Assembly (NCBI GenBank): GCA_044892525.1
Contig: CM097885.1
Coordinates: 9,364,001-9,428,000 of the forward strand
DNA length: 64,000 nucleotides
From: Schmidtea polychroa
Taxonomy: Eukaryota
Direction: 5' to 3'
Shown here piece after piece: positions 50,487 through 64,000 of this stretch. The notes beneath the pieces were generated by a model. The model did no database searches. It was not told where the DNA came from and saw only the letters and a list, made by a program, of their open reading frames with translations. The position numbers and the translations under genes were made by a program. How positions within the stretch are numbered: the first letter of the stretch is position 1; each line of letters begins with the position of its first letter.

Positions 50487-52941
50487 GTGTTAATTGTAAT
50501 GAACTTTAATGAAAATGTTACTTGCGACCACGCCGAAATCGCATCTCTGACGAGATCACAACAAAGGCAGAAAATTGTGGATTCTTTGTCAAAGAATATT
50601 CAAGATTCAATTTATCCAGTGATAAAGAAATTTCTTGGAAGACTGCAAAGAACTGGCCCTTATCTATTGAAGAATTTGTGTCGATAAATTCGCTCAATTT
50701 AGGAGCAGAATTCGATTTGTTATTGCATGGAGACGCAAAAGAGTTATGGATGGCCTTTAAGGAAGCACAAAAGACTCCGGCTTCAGATCAAAAGATAAAA
50801 AGTCGGTTTATTTTAAAATATGTAAAATTCAAAAGTTTTTTGCAAAATATCGAAGACATGAGTTTGATAAAGCAGAGATCGGACGAAAGGTTTGAAAATT
50901 TTGTAATCAGAATGAGGAAATTAGTGCGCGAAGTTCTTTCTTTACGCAAATCAAACAGAAGACATGATTGTCAAGTATATTGTAACAAGACGTATGTATT
51001 CAGAAAAAGTTAAGGATGCAATTGCAATGAACCCAGAAGTATCTCTTAGAGAAATCTCTATTAAGGAGTAATAATACAAGAAGAATTCACTGTATTCAAG
51101 AAGAAAATAATTTAGGAAATCTGACCTATTCGTATGAAGACGTTGAGAATGATGTTACGTCAGAATCTGAGTAAATGAAATAGGATCGATTACAGGAAGT
51201 AATAGGGAAAATGACAAAGACCATCATTTAAACGAGATACACTCCATGGCAAACATTTTGTCTGTGGAGTCATTGAATTAAATGTGCAGAACACAGAAAA
51301 CCGAAATGTTATGATGTTCAAGAAGACGGATGAAAGGTGGTGGAGTTGTGTTCAGTGTTGTGGAATAGTGATTGAGATGTTGTGGGATACAGTTGCGTCA
51401 GTTACTGTAATGTCAGGAGGAAGTGTGGCAGTCCAGTTTCAAAACCAGTAGATTTAGCGCTCAGAGGGGCGTTTGGAAATAAGCCGATATCATGCTTAGG
51501 TGATTTTACAACTTCGATTGTTTGGAATGAATTATGTCAGAAAGTGAATGTAATTGTGGTTAGGGATATAAGTCCAAGTTTTGTAGGTGGAATGAATTTG
51601 ATATTAGCTTTTAAAATAAAACTTGTGTCAGATACATCAATTGCATTAATAGATTCAGATACGGATGGTGTTAGCTACAGTGATACCGAACGATGTAAAA
51701 AAGCGCTGGATGTTTTTGGACCAAATTCAGTCCGAAAACTGGTGGAGTTAATAACCATGTATAGTACGATCTTCATGGCATCAGATTTTGATCTAGACTG
51801 TACTAGTTTGGTCACACATACTATAAAAACGTCTGGAAATCCAATTATTCAAAATTATAGGCGCATAGCAATGGAGATGGAATCAAAAGTGGAGGATATG
51901 ATTATGAAATTATTAAAAATGGGCATTACCAGGAAATGCCAAAGCCCATGGAACTCACCTACGGTCGTGGTGGGTAAGATAGACGGATCAATCAGGATGT
52001 GTCAAGATTTTAGGAAGGTTAATGAAGTTATTGAAAAATTCAGTTTTCCAATGGCAGATCCTCAAACAATATTCGATTCTTTGTCCGGATCTTCAGTTTA
52101 TTCATCCCTAGACTTGGGACAGGCATATTATCAGGTACATGTGTATGAAGCGTCTCAGTTAAAAACAGCGTTTTCTAAAAAGAAAGGACGGTTTTGCTAC
52201 AATCGAATGCCATTTGGATTTCAAAGACTTTCCAAAGACTTATGCACATATTATTTGATGATTATTTGTATAACGGTGTTGCCGCATATTTAGATGATGT
52301 TCTGATATATGGGAAAACGATCAAAGAACACAATAGAAATTTAGAGGAAGTGAATTGATATTCTTGGGCCATAAATTTTCAGCAGAAGGAATATCCACGA
52401 ATAACAATATAATAAAGAGAATTATTGAGGTTGAAATACCGAAATGCAGCAAACAAATACGTTCATTTTTGGGATTAGCAAATTATTATCGCAAATTTGT
52501 TCCAAATTTTGCTGAAATAGCCAAACCGTTGTATGAAGCTACAAAGGGACATGAAGAAAGTTTGTAAAGAAAGTTTCCGAAAACTTAGACAGGTATTATC
52601 GAGTGCACCAATCTTGGCGTTTCCAAATAAGGTCGATTGCTTTACTTTAGATACTGACGCGTGTTTTAGTGGAATTGGTGCAAAATGGCTGTGAAAAAGT
52701 TATAGCATATGGTTCAAGACTTTTAAGTGCTCACGAGAAAGGATACAATGTAACTAGAAAAGAACTATTAGCAATAAACGAGTACGTCCTATATTTTCGG
52801 CATTATTTATATGGAAAAAAGTTTGATATACGTACGGATCATAAGGCTTTAAAGTTCTTAAAATCAACTTCGAAACCAATAAGTCCACAATTCCAAACAT
52901 GGTTGAGTGAGTTGTCAGGTTATGATTTTGACTATTCTTGA
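50487..52941 (+). mobile_element. Decayed Gypsy retrotransposon (gag, PR, RT, RNase H)
   Basis: SPWNSP, DFRKVN, LDLGQAYYQ, MPFG, LDD, FLGLANYYRKF, DTDA, RKELLAI, RTDHKAL. Confidence 0.88.
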
Positions 52942-53057
52942 ACTATTTGACAATTAATTATTTATGCGTATATTTTATCGTATGTAAATATTATTTATGT
53001 GTATTTTCATTTGGACAATTAATTATGATCATTTTATTCTTTAACTGTTTATTCATA

Positions 53058-53275
53058 CCGTATATACTCGAATATAAGTCGAGTTTTTTTTCGAGAAATT
53101 TTTAAAGTCCTAAATTGAAAACCCGCGTTTAAGTCGAAGTAACAAAAATAAAAAAGGTTTAATGATTTCATTAAAAATTAATTTGTACGTTTTTTGACCC
53201 ACGTATAAGTCTAAGTGGCTATTTTGACCTAAATATTTGACGTAAATTTCTCGACTTATACGCGAGTATATATGG
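53058..53275. mobile_element. Tc1/mariner-pogo-type MITE
   Basis: TA|CCGTATATACTCGAATATAAGTCGAG ... CTCGACTTATACGCGAGTATATATGG|TA. Confidence 0.85.
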
Positions 53276-55282
53276 TATATCTTTTTTCTTTATTCTTTAT
53301 TCTTTAATAGTTGATTAATTTTTATGTACAGACATGATTTTGTGAATATTTTATTAATTAAAGTTTTTTTTATACACTTAAAGTTATAATAAAAAGGGGA
53401 TTAAATAAATAAAGCGAATTATTATAAAATATTAATTATTATAGTCAAGATAAATTATTTAAAGTACAATGAATATATTTATTTATATAAGCCGGAAAAA
53501 AAATCAGAAGAATAACATAACATCTGCTATAAGAAATAGCATAAAATAAATATAATATGATAATATCTGATATAAGAATAGCAGCTGGTAAGAAACAGCT
53601 GGTAAAATATATTAAAATTTATATAATATTATTCCGTGCGTATAGGTCGGAAATTAAAACAATTTATTTATTAATCTTAAAAAATAGTATAAATACTCTA
53701 ACAATAATCAGAACAATCGCCAAAAATTAGCGTTATAGAAATTTCGAAGGTTAATCCGGAGAAATAATTAAAACCCGAGATAGCACAGAATTGTCTCACA
53801 AATTTTCTAAAAAGCAGTAATTTTTGCATAAGCACGTTTTACATAGCATATTAACAAAATACATATTTTCAGTCATTTTAAAGTAGCTCAAAAGCAATTG
53901 AATAAAAGAAATAATTGTTTGAATTGATAATACGATTTTATTTGGAAACTTGAATTGTTTATTTTAAGTAATTTTTATTATTAATAAATATTTATACCGA
54001 GACGTAGTTTTATTTATATAAGAACCAGCAAGGTTGAGTGTTTCAAATATTTGGACCTCAACAATATGAAACATAAACAATATGAAACTGAGTTATTTTA
54101 TAAGGTAATATTACACAATAACTGTATATACACACAATTAAACCACATATTACATAATACTATATATTCCAGGTCATCATTACATTACCATTATGATATC
54201 CAACTACTAAATGCATAGCTGTTACGCAATTGACATAAAATTCAACCGATCATTACATAACCCAATCCATTATTATATAACTATTACGTCACGCCAATAT
54301 TAAAGTCTTAGAATATACGTATCAAGAAAACAATTTTTATATTGATAAAAAGTTCAAAAATCAAGCTATATCAATTTTCAAAAATGGGACAAGAGCAGAT
54401 TAAATGACGGCAAGTAATATGACATTAATGGTTTTCTCATAAATTTTTAATTAATTAATCAAAGAAAACTCGAGTCGATAAACAACGGGAAAACTAGCAA
54501 ATGGGATTTCGGGAAATCATTATCGTGACAACATGATTAATGGGAGCAAATGAGAAAATATTATCGCAAGGAAGCTCCATATAATGACTATTAATTATTT
54601 CTTTTAAATGAATCCATGAAAGGAAGCCCCAAATTGAATGTTGTAAATGAATTGTCAAACAGACGTGAATTAGCTCAAAAGTCATTAATTATTATATATT
54701 AAGTAAGACAGAATTGTAAACGAAAGGCAAGTTACTATATAAACCTAACAAAATAGGTTGCTTTATATTTAAATGTAACATGGAGAAGACTGAGTTTTTA
54801 CTTTTATCATTGACAGATGAGAGATGCCCTCTCTAATTTCTTCAACAAACTTCTTGGATGTTTCCGGACATATGACTTTCACGCCTTTAATACTTAATAA
54901 GGAAAACAAGTTTTTTATTTAAAAAAAAACTAAGCCTCCTATAGTCCTCCAATTAATTGCAATATAATTTGCAATATATTCATTTTTATCTTTTAATTTC
55001 CTACCAGCTTCCACTTCCACTTGAAAAATATTGATTCTAGGATTTCGCAACTCTTTTTTTAGGTTAGTTTCATTTTCATTAATTTTTAATGTCTTTTGTC
55101 ATTCTTTATTATTTTGACTAAGTTATTCATAAACTGCATTTAAAAAAAAAATCATCGATTTTTTGAAAATTTAATAATTTTCAAAAATTTTTTTAAATAA
55201 TTTTTCCTTTTTAAAATCTTGAGAAATTGCATAATTTCTACAATATATAAGGGACTAAAATTTTTAATTTTCACAATTTTAA

Positions 55283-56257
55283 ATGACTCATCATTCAAAG
55301 TTTCAAGATTTAAGTCATTTTTACAACAAAAGAAAAAATTCTAAAAATTCCCAAAAATATTTAAAACAACTTTTTCAAAAATTAAAACAAAAGAAAATTA
55401 ATTTTATCTTTTTCAAGCCTAAACCATATCCAATAAAAGAATTGGAAAACAATTACACAATTTTGGAAATGTTATTTTCCACCAAAGGTTCTTCGATATA
55501 TTTAGCTAAGCACAAACATTTCGGTTGTTTAAATGTAATGAAAACATATAAAAATAATGAATGTTTGAAAAATGAATTGAAAATTCTTAGTGAAATCGGT
55601 TTTCATGAACACATTATTCAACTAATTGAGTATAACAGATCGGATTCCTTTGGAAGGTCTTTGATGTATGAATATGCCAATGGGGGGGACTTGTGCACTG
55701 AAATGACAAATTTTGGAAAATTTGACACTAACAAGGCAGGCCGAGTTACTTTGCAAATTTTAAGTGCTGTTGAATTTTTGCACTCGAAGTCAATAATTCA
55801 CAGAGATATTAAATTAGAAAATATTGTTTGTTTTAAAAATCTTGAAACTTTGTTAAAAGTCAAATTGATAGATTTCGGGCTCTCAATTTTTTATAACAAG
55901 AAAAATCCTAAAACCAGCTCTGCAGGCACGAGGGGTTATATGGCTCCTGAAACCCTTTTAAATTACCCACAAAACTTTACTGTTGATATATGGGCTTGTG
56001 GAGTTGTCATGTATGCTATTTACACCGGATATCATCCATTCTACTCAAGTAAATTCTCTACAAACGAAATCACAAACATCACTCTTAACAACGATCTTGA
56101 TGAGAAGTACCTTCAAAACATCGACGTTGAAATTGCAATCCTCATAAAAGTTATGTTGCACAAAGATCCTATAGAAAGGCCGTTTGCAAAGGAAATTGTT
56201 CAAATCTTTAGAAAGTATTGCGTTTCTAATAATATTATTAATTGTTATGGCATTTAA
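55283..56257 (+). CDS. Serine/threonine protein kinase (CAMK-like), single ORF
   Basis: VMK, HEHIIQL, EYANGGDL, IHRDIKLEN, KLIDFG, GTRGYMAPE, DIWACGV, ERP. Confidence 0.9.
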   Translation: MTHHSKFQDLSHFYNKRKNSKNSQKYLKQLFQKLKQKKINFIFFKPKPYPIKELENNYTILEMLFSTKGSSIYLAKHKHFGCLNVMKTYKNNECLKNELKILSEIGFHEHIIQLIEYNRSDSFGRSLMYEYANGGDLCTEMTNFGKFDTNKAGRVTLQILSAVEFLHSKSIIHRDIKLENIVCFKNLETLLKVKLIDFGLSIFYNKKNPKTSSAGTRGYMAPETLLNYPQNFTVDIWACGVVMYAIYTGYHPFYSSKFSTNEITNITLNNDLDEKYLQNIDVEIAILIKVMLHKDPIERPFAKEIVQIFRKYCVSNNIINCYGI

Positions 56258-59200
56258 ACATTTTTAATAAATTCGTTATGAAGGAAATAAAAAGATAAAA
56301 CTGAACAAAACAATACTCTACTGAATTTTATTTGAATTCGATAGGATAACTCCCACGTCTGATTCTTCGTGTCCTTATATTATGAACAAGACCCAACAAA
56401 TTATAAATTTCTATTTCTTTGAACGATTATATGCACAATCTCAGTTGATAATTACAAATCAATCCCATTCAATATTCACAAACATATTTTAAATTAATAC
56501 CAAATCATCTTGTGGGCAGCGGGTGGGACAGCACTGTATTAGATGGGATAATCCTTTTCAATTTTTAGGGTATAATAATAATAATAATTTTAGATTTTTG
56601 TATTTTATGTGATAATGGTTATTAGTTTTGTTTTTTTAAATATGATATTTGGTTTTTTTAATGTAGAATTCGAAGTTTTGAAATAATAAATATTTAGAAT
56701 TTATTTTATTTTAGTTGATGTTATCAAAGTTAGTGAAAATGAATGGAATTATTTTATGCATTTAAATTATTTTATGCAAAATCAACAAATCAAGAGCAAT
56801 GATTATCAATCTAATTTGGAATAGTTGCAGCGCTATATTATAGCAAGTGCAACAAATGCAATTGCACTGAGGCCTCTATTTTTGAGGGGCTTCCAAATAT
56901 TAAATACATTAGAAAAACTTCTCCAATAGCAAAAAAATATCACAAATCGAAAAAAAGCAAAGATGAAAATTCAAAATTTGTTTAACTTTCAAACAAATAT
57001 TTTTAATTAAAATCAATAAAAATGAATGCAATAAAATTAAAAAATCCATTTTAGTGTCTGCACAGGGCTCCTAAAAGTTACAGATATAGTTGATATAGTT
57101 GAATTTAAACGATGAAATAGGTCTTATAATAAATTTTATAATCATTTAAATCTGTTATAATTCTTCATTAAATGATTTCTGATAGTATGAATGCTGCTCA
57201 TTCGAATTTTATTCATGAAAATTATGAAAATCATGAAGAAACAATTAATTTAATGAGAGAAGCAGTTGATAAAGATAAACTATATATTGTGCAAAAACTA
57301 ATTTGTTGCACGGATAAACATAAGTTGGAATAGAAATACGCAAAAATAGCACATAGATATAGCCCGAAGTGGAGTGTTGGTTTCTTAGGGGTGTGTCACT
57401 TTCCCATTTTAAAATACGTTAGGGGTAATCATAATTAAGCACCTCCATGACTATTGCAATTTAAACCATTTGTGTACCCATGGCGACGACCATGTTGGTA
57501 CTGTACACAAAGGCGAAAAAACAATGAGCAGGTGAGCTCTATTGCTAAAACTACTCCCCATTGTATTTTCTCTTCGGGTTCTAGACGGCCGATAGAAGGT
57601 CTTACGTCATCGATCATTTTCTATTTCTACTTTTCTATCTCATTCGGCTATGGTCCTCATTTATAGATGTTTTCTATTGTTTCCTTTCAAAATTTTGTGC
57701 AGGGATGCGCCCTTAATTTTCTATTAATAATTCCTTGATATTTATGAATATTTAACCTATCTCGAAAAAAATTTGAGCAGGGATCGGCCCTTATTTCCAA
57801 GTTAATCCACGTTTCCCATAATATTTAAATTGTACTTCAAAAAATTTGAGCAGGGATCTGCCTGTATTCTTAGTCCTAACCTATTTCCGACTAGAAAATA
57901 CTTACGGAGACGGACCAAGGGAGAAGCCTCCTCGTTATGGTCCGATCAATCCGTGTGAATCTGCAAAGCCAGCTGACCTACTTGCAATAGGAACAACTAG
58001 TGTCCCTTAATGCTGTGGCCTACTGGATTCCAGTTCCACTATAACTACTATTCAAAATTAACTAACGTGAAAGTTGAACCGAATAAAAATTATTATTTAA
58101 AACTTAAAACTAAATGAAATTAAACAATTAAAAAGGACAACAAAAGAAAATCTAACTAAAAAATTTATTTCATGTAAAATTTATTAAATTAAATCATTTC
58201 GTAAAAATTACAATAAAAATAAAAATAAATTACCAAATCCACGATGGCATAAAATCGAAAACTGAGAGCTTTACTGTCTGCAATTTAAGTTGTGATGTTG
58301 AAAAAAAGTTTTTCAAATGAATTTGTGATCAGTATTTATACTGATTTTGAATGCGCATTCATGCATGCGTTGTCACTCTATCCAATCAGAGTGCGAGAAA
58401 TTTTGAATTAATTTTGCATACATGCATGAATGTGTGTAATTATTTATTTAATTTCATTAATTTAATTAATTAATTATTTAATTTTTTTTATTAATTTTAA
58501 TAATTTATAAATTTTATAATTTAAATAATTCGAGTTATTTTAATTTTTATTAATTTAAACACTCTTATTCTTTAAATTTAATAAGTTACGTAATTCTAAC
58601 CATTTAATTCTATAAACTTTACAATTTACATAATGTTAACTAATTTTATTATTTTGACGATTTAATTTTTATATCGTTTAAATAATTTTCAAATAATTAT
58701 TATTTTCCTATCGAAAATTTTTAAAGTGTTCAATTTTTTGTTACATTTATTTATCTCTTTATTCTATTATTGATTCTATTATTGATTCTATTGATTCTTA
58801 ATGTTTATTTTATTTATTCTATAATAAACCTTGATCATAAATTTTTTCCAATTGGCGGTTTTTGTGTTAGGTATTTTCGCTCGATTAAAACAAACTCTCA
58901 TTTCTCGGTTTCAGCCCAACAGGAGTAAAAATCAAAACAAATATAAACATAAAGGAAACATCATAAAACAGAGATCGCATAATATCAAAATGATAAAACA
59001 CAAAATAAAATAAAATAATAACAGGTGCAAGAAGTATGACACAAAACAAACCGACATAGAGTAGTTAAAAAACAGAAAGTAAACAAAATCGAATTATTGA
59101 TAACAAAATCAAAAAATTGAAATGGAAATGAAAAGCTTTTCCATAAAATAACGTTATAAAACGTGTTATGAATTAAAACTATAGTAAAAATGATAAAACA

Positions 59201-59696
59201 TTAGAATATTATTTGAAAATGGCAAAATAGAACATGGTGTCGACATCAGCAACTAAATACAAAAATAAGATTTAGAAAATTAAACCATCATAAAATAGTA
59301 AGAAATAACTAAAAGATTGAAAAAACGAAAAATGAATTATATAGGAAAACTATTAAAAATAGCATAGAATTAGAAAATGGCAGTATCCATCATGTCGGAC
59401 ATCACGGAAAGATTTCCATTCATGTAAGCAAGTTTATCTAATAGTGAGTTTATTGAGTAACGATTTTGACTTCAACAAGTTATAAAAATAATAATAGTAA
59501 TAATGTTGGGATATTTAAATGTTTGTAGATGGAACTAATTCTTGATCCGATCCCTCGTGTTAAGCAATCAAAGAAATAGAACTAAATCTTTATTTTCAAA
59601 TTATAAAAAAATTGATTTTTACCTTTTCCAAATTTTAATTGATTTTGATAATTTGTAAAATTTTTTGTTTTTATTTCTAATATTTTGTATAAGCCC

Positions 59697-59873
59697 AACA
59701 ATAATAATAATAATGCTGCTGCTGCTGCACATAATAATAATGATAATAATAATAATGGCAATAATAATAATAATTGTAATAATAATGATAATCAATAATA
59801 ATAATGATAATATAAAGTGATGATTTCTTGGTAGCAGCATTTATTATTTAAAACAATAAAATGATAATAAATG

Positions 59874-59944
<71 letters not shown>

Positions 59945-59945
59945 T
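59697..59945. repeat. (AAT)n-type microsatellites
   Basis: Direct inspection. Confidence 0.9.
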
Positions 59946-62534
59946 GTGTATTTCAGTAATTGACAAACATAGGTCGTATAAAAATATTAGAGGGGAAATA
60001 AAATGAAAGGGACATCCACAGGAATTGAGAATTACATGCAAATGTGGATTTTGCTGTTCATAAAAAGTGATTGATAGCAAATCCCATTAACATTTACTCT
60101 TTATTAGAGGATAGCAAAACCTTTGAATATGCGATAGACAAAAGCCCCGAATTAAAAAAAAAGTTATACCCAACACAATTTAAATATAAGTTCCAATAAT
60201 ATAAAGATATAGATTAAAATAAATTTAATCCCCACAGCATTATTGAAAGTTTGCCAAAGTTGAATATAAACAAGCGGAAGTAATCAAACGATAAAATGAA
60301 AATTCTTAAAAAAAGAAACAAGAATCATTGAAAGATGTTCAAAAGCTCTTGTTCATACTGATAATTAGACTTGATTTTTGATAAAGGTTTGATAGAAATG
60401 TCGATGATGTCTGACATGCTGAGAATGATGGACCCATCCGACTGTTTCAATATTGACGCATTTGTCTGTTTGACACTTCTACAAAAAATTGAGAATTATT
60501 TCCCTAAAAGATTTAAGACAAATTACTTACAATTTATCAACACAAGCTTTTTTAAATTTAATCAGTATTGAGCAATCCCGAACTGTGAGCGAAACCAGAA
60601 ATTTCTTCAACTATATATTAAAATAATAACAAAATTAATTTAATAATAATTTTCAATTAATTAATTATATTGTGCCTGGAAATTCAAAGGAATTCATTAA
60701 AAATAGTGATTTGTAACAAATTTTTATTTAAATTAAAAACATTTTTTATAAATAAAATTGATGACATTTTAAAATATTGTTGGGTTATTGAGTTGGTGAT
60801 AATATTTAAAGGTTACCAATCAAATCTCAGACTCTAAAGCGTGCTTTATTTGATCCACAAAATGACAATTCTCAGACAATAAAAACCTTTATTGATTATC
60901 ACAATTGATTACACGAATTATAACAACACGATCAATTCAATACTAAAATAGGTAATTACACAGAGCTTATTATGACACTACGTGAGGAATAGCTCTACCC
61001 AATTACTTAACAATTAAAAGCCGCTGATCTGATTCAATAGTTTCGTAAATTGAGTTGAATTTCTTTTGCTTTGACTTGAATTTATTCAGTATACTTTAAA
61101 CCTTTCTTATTGAACTAAAATTTATCGCAACATTTAGTTCCAACATTTTCTCTTCTTTCCAATTTCTAATATTCCAATTCCGAATTATTTCTCAATTATC
61201 TTTTTAATTTTTCCCTCGACCACTAAATTTTCCTTTGCTTAGTCCGCACTTGTCCGGCACTTGTGATAAATTTTTTTTTACTTCCTGTCTCTCCATAATT
61301 TGTATAGCTCCTGTGTTATCACCGATAGTTCGGCACTCGAGATAATTTGTCATCCCCCCATTTTGCCTCTGGCACTTCCCATACTTTTTCCAACTTTCGT
61401 GTTGCCCTGACAATTCGGCACTCAAGATAATTTTTCATTTTTTCCATTTTTGTTTCTGGCATTTTGCATATTTTCTTTCTATTTCCCACGTTATCTCTGA
61501 AAGTTCGGACTATTATCAGGGCTTTATTCAATCAACATTAAAACCTGCAAATACTATTGGATGAGTGCAATGGAGTTTTGGTAAACCTTGTCTCACTCTG
61601 GCAAATCATTCTCCAAAATTTCTCAGGTCAAATAAAATCCGAATTTCGCAAAAACATAATATCGGAAACATAATAATGAAATTGTAAGATTTAAAGAAAT
61701 TTAATTTTCATAGAAAAATCTTGCAAATCTGGTTAAGAGAAGAACGACAGACATCGTGTTTAGTCAATAAAATGTATATCATTTGGAATTGATTATTGTT
61801 GATTAAAACACGCTTGAAGTCAGATCTATAATTGATATTTTATTAATTTACCAATGAAAAGCACAAAAAGGAAAATCAACAAGTCATTAAAATAGAAAAC
61901 GACTAAACTCAGAGATTTTTTTATTTAATATTTACGTCGCAGCAAAAGGATTATCTTATCATTTACTTGTTTATCACCGACAAATTTCAACAATGATCTG
62001 AATATATGGCCTCTTGGTAATGCTTAATTCCATAATAATAATTGGTATTTAATTTGTTAATACACAAATACCTGGAAATACTGATAAAATAACGATAGTT
62101 GCCCTAAAACAAATTGCTGTATAACGAATCACTTATAGTCATAAAAAGCTGTACATAATAATAGCATTTACATAAACATAACATGACTTTAACAACATTA
62201 TAAAGCATTTCATTTTATGGTCAACTATCTAGAAAACGATTTTGGCCGCAGAGTAAAGAATTAGTTTAAAGTATTATGGAAAAAGTTTGTTAACTAACAA
62301 TGTTTTAATATTACAGAATTTGTAACATTTTCTAAAATAATTAAATAAATTTTTTCTGAAAATATTCAACTGAGTTCTGTCCACTTTGATTTAAAAATAA
62401 ATACAAATTTGATTTAATATTTGTCAATTTTTCTTTTAATGACATTTTAATATTCAATAACGATAGATCAATAAATTTGTGGTTATATATAATTTACTGA
62501 TTCATAGGGAAAGCTAATCTATAACGGTTGTTAC

Positions 62535-64000
62535 CAGGCCCGTACCGTCGGGGGGGGCCCAGGAGGGCCCGGTCCCCCCAAATAAAAAAACGGACATGAA
62601 TAAAAAATGATGGTTTTACTTCAAGGTGAAAATGAAATAAACAATTACATTTATTCATGTACCATAAATGATCTAATAAGCACTATATAATGGGCCGAAT
62701 CCTAAAGAAACCTTTTAATTAAAGTCGGAGCATCGTTTTAAATTTCACTAAATAAAAACTTTCTCGTATCCTAATTAACTGAGACTTAATCATTTTCTTA
62801 AGTTAAAAAAGATTCTCTAACAAAACTTTCAATGGGTGGTGAGGTCTTTTAAATTAGTAAAGCAATGTTACATGTCGCGAAATTTCTCAGATGTGTACGG
62901 AATTCAAACCCCGGAGTGTGTCTATAAATTTCCCCAAATCGTTAAAGGGTAGTGCTGGACAATTAAAATATTAGCCTCACAGGATTGCTTAACACCAAAT
63001 GTTAACAGCGCAACAATTGTCGATACCAAACGTTGTCGACAACAGTTGCTCTGATGTGAATCACTGCATTACATTCAATATGTTTGATAAAAGAAAAATT
63101 GCTATCGTGCACACATGCATTGACATGGGTGTGCATGAGTTGCACATGTAGAGGTTTATGTAGTATGGACGGGGGTAGGATGTTCCATCTATCTGCCTCA
63201 CTGGAAGAGACTGGCATGTGAAGTCGGTGGCGTGGGTAGGGTGCGTGCTGTCTGCTTTCCTGCCTCACAGGCAGTAACAACGCATGGAGGCATGATTGAG
63301 TGTCAGAGCACGGAGTGGGTGCATTGTGGTCTTTATACGATGGTAGAGAGATAGGCCAATGAGAGCACATCACATGTCATTATACTCAACTCACTCCTAT
63401 GGCAGAGTGACATGTTAATTGATCATATTTTGTAACATTATTTTCATCGTATTAGAACATGTCGACACAAAAGAGTATCATGAATTTCTTCCAAGTCATT
63501 CCAAAGAATTCTGTGACATCAGTCACTTCATCCAGTGATAGTATCTCTGCTACTATGTCCTCAACTTGTGCTAGTCCTTCATCTGTACCTGCTATTTCAT
63601 GTATCCGTGACAGTGCAGTGATGTCCTCATCTTCTTGTGCACCTGCTAAGACTCTGTCATCTACTAAATGTGATCTGGGTGAAGAAATGCCACGCCAGCC
63701 AACTGATGTAAATTTCCCAAAGACTTCGTTTGGTTCAAGGGAACGCTCATTTTTGTCTGTGTGGTATAATGGAAGACCATATTTGGAGTACTCTATTGAG
63801 AAAGATGCAGTCTTCTGCTTTTGCTGTAGAAAATTTTCATTGCCCGGCTCTGCTGGCGAAAGTGCTTTCAGAACAGGAGGATTCCGAAATTGGAAATCGG
63901 CTCTAGAAAAAGGTTTTCAAAAGCATGAATCTTCTGCTGGCCACATCCATGCCATGGAACGCTGGAAAGAGAAACAGCTGACATGTGAAAAAGGTGAGGA
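62535..64000 (+). mobile_element. hAT transposon 5' part (ZMYM1/TTF-zinc-finger type), runs off the window
   Basis: Left end CAGGCCCGTACCGTCGGGGGGG; downstream open frame with a TTF finger. Confidence 0.7.
63459..64000 (+). CDS. hAT transposase N-terminus with TTF-type zinc finger (partial)
   Basis: Manual translation MSTQKSIMNFF...RSFLSVWY..PYLEYSIEKDAVFCFCC..AFRTGGFRNWKSA..FQKHESSAGH; open to window end. Confidence 0.85.
   Translation, partial: MSTQKSIMNFFQVIPKNSVTSVTSSSDSISATMSSTCASPSSVPAISCIRDSAVMSSSSCAPAKTLSSTKCDLGEEMPRQPTDVNFPKTSFGSRERSFLSVWYNGRPYLEYSIEKDAVFCFCCRKFSLPGSAGESAFRTGGFRNWKSALEKGFQKHESSAGHIHAMERWKEKQLTCEKGE

Noticed and set aside
61204..61531. ORFs with a duplicated YLECR motif
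   Set aside because: Short degenerate internal duplication with no recognisable domain

Overview
AT-rich eukaryotic DNA, dominated by transposable elements, with long (AAT)n tracts and very short (41-50 nt) introns. This is planarian-like, but that assignment is inference only. Host genes: a PinX1-like G-patch gene, an intronless Ser/Thr kinase, and the 5' part of a proline-rich gene. The rest is Gypsy-type LTR elements, Penelope-like elements, hAT, piggyBac, pogo/Tigger, a Helitron, many MITEs and a cluster of Polinton/Maverick (adintovirus-like) sequences. Three observations stand out. (1) A compact 4.75-kb Polinton-derived unit bounded by near-identical 310-bp inverted repeats. It encodes an intact major capsid protein and a ZnF-PLA2-integrase in-frame fusion, has no polymerase, and carries a tRNA-like Pol III unit at its inner left repeat boundary. 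(2) An LTR element whose gag is followed by two ubiquitin-like domains, an AT-hook and a chuvirus-G-like glycoprotein, with no protease/RT in between. (3) A 240-bp TTAA-flanked piggyBac-type element that consists almost entirely of a captured TRAF MATH-domain fragment. All family assignments come from motif recognition by eye; no searches were run.
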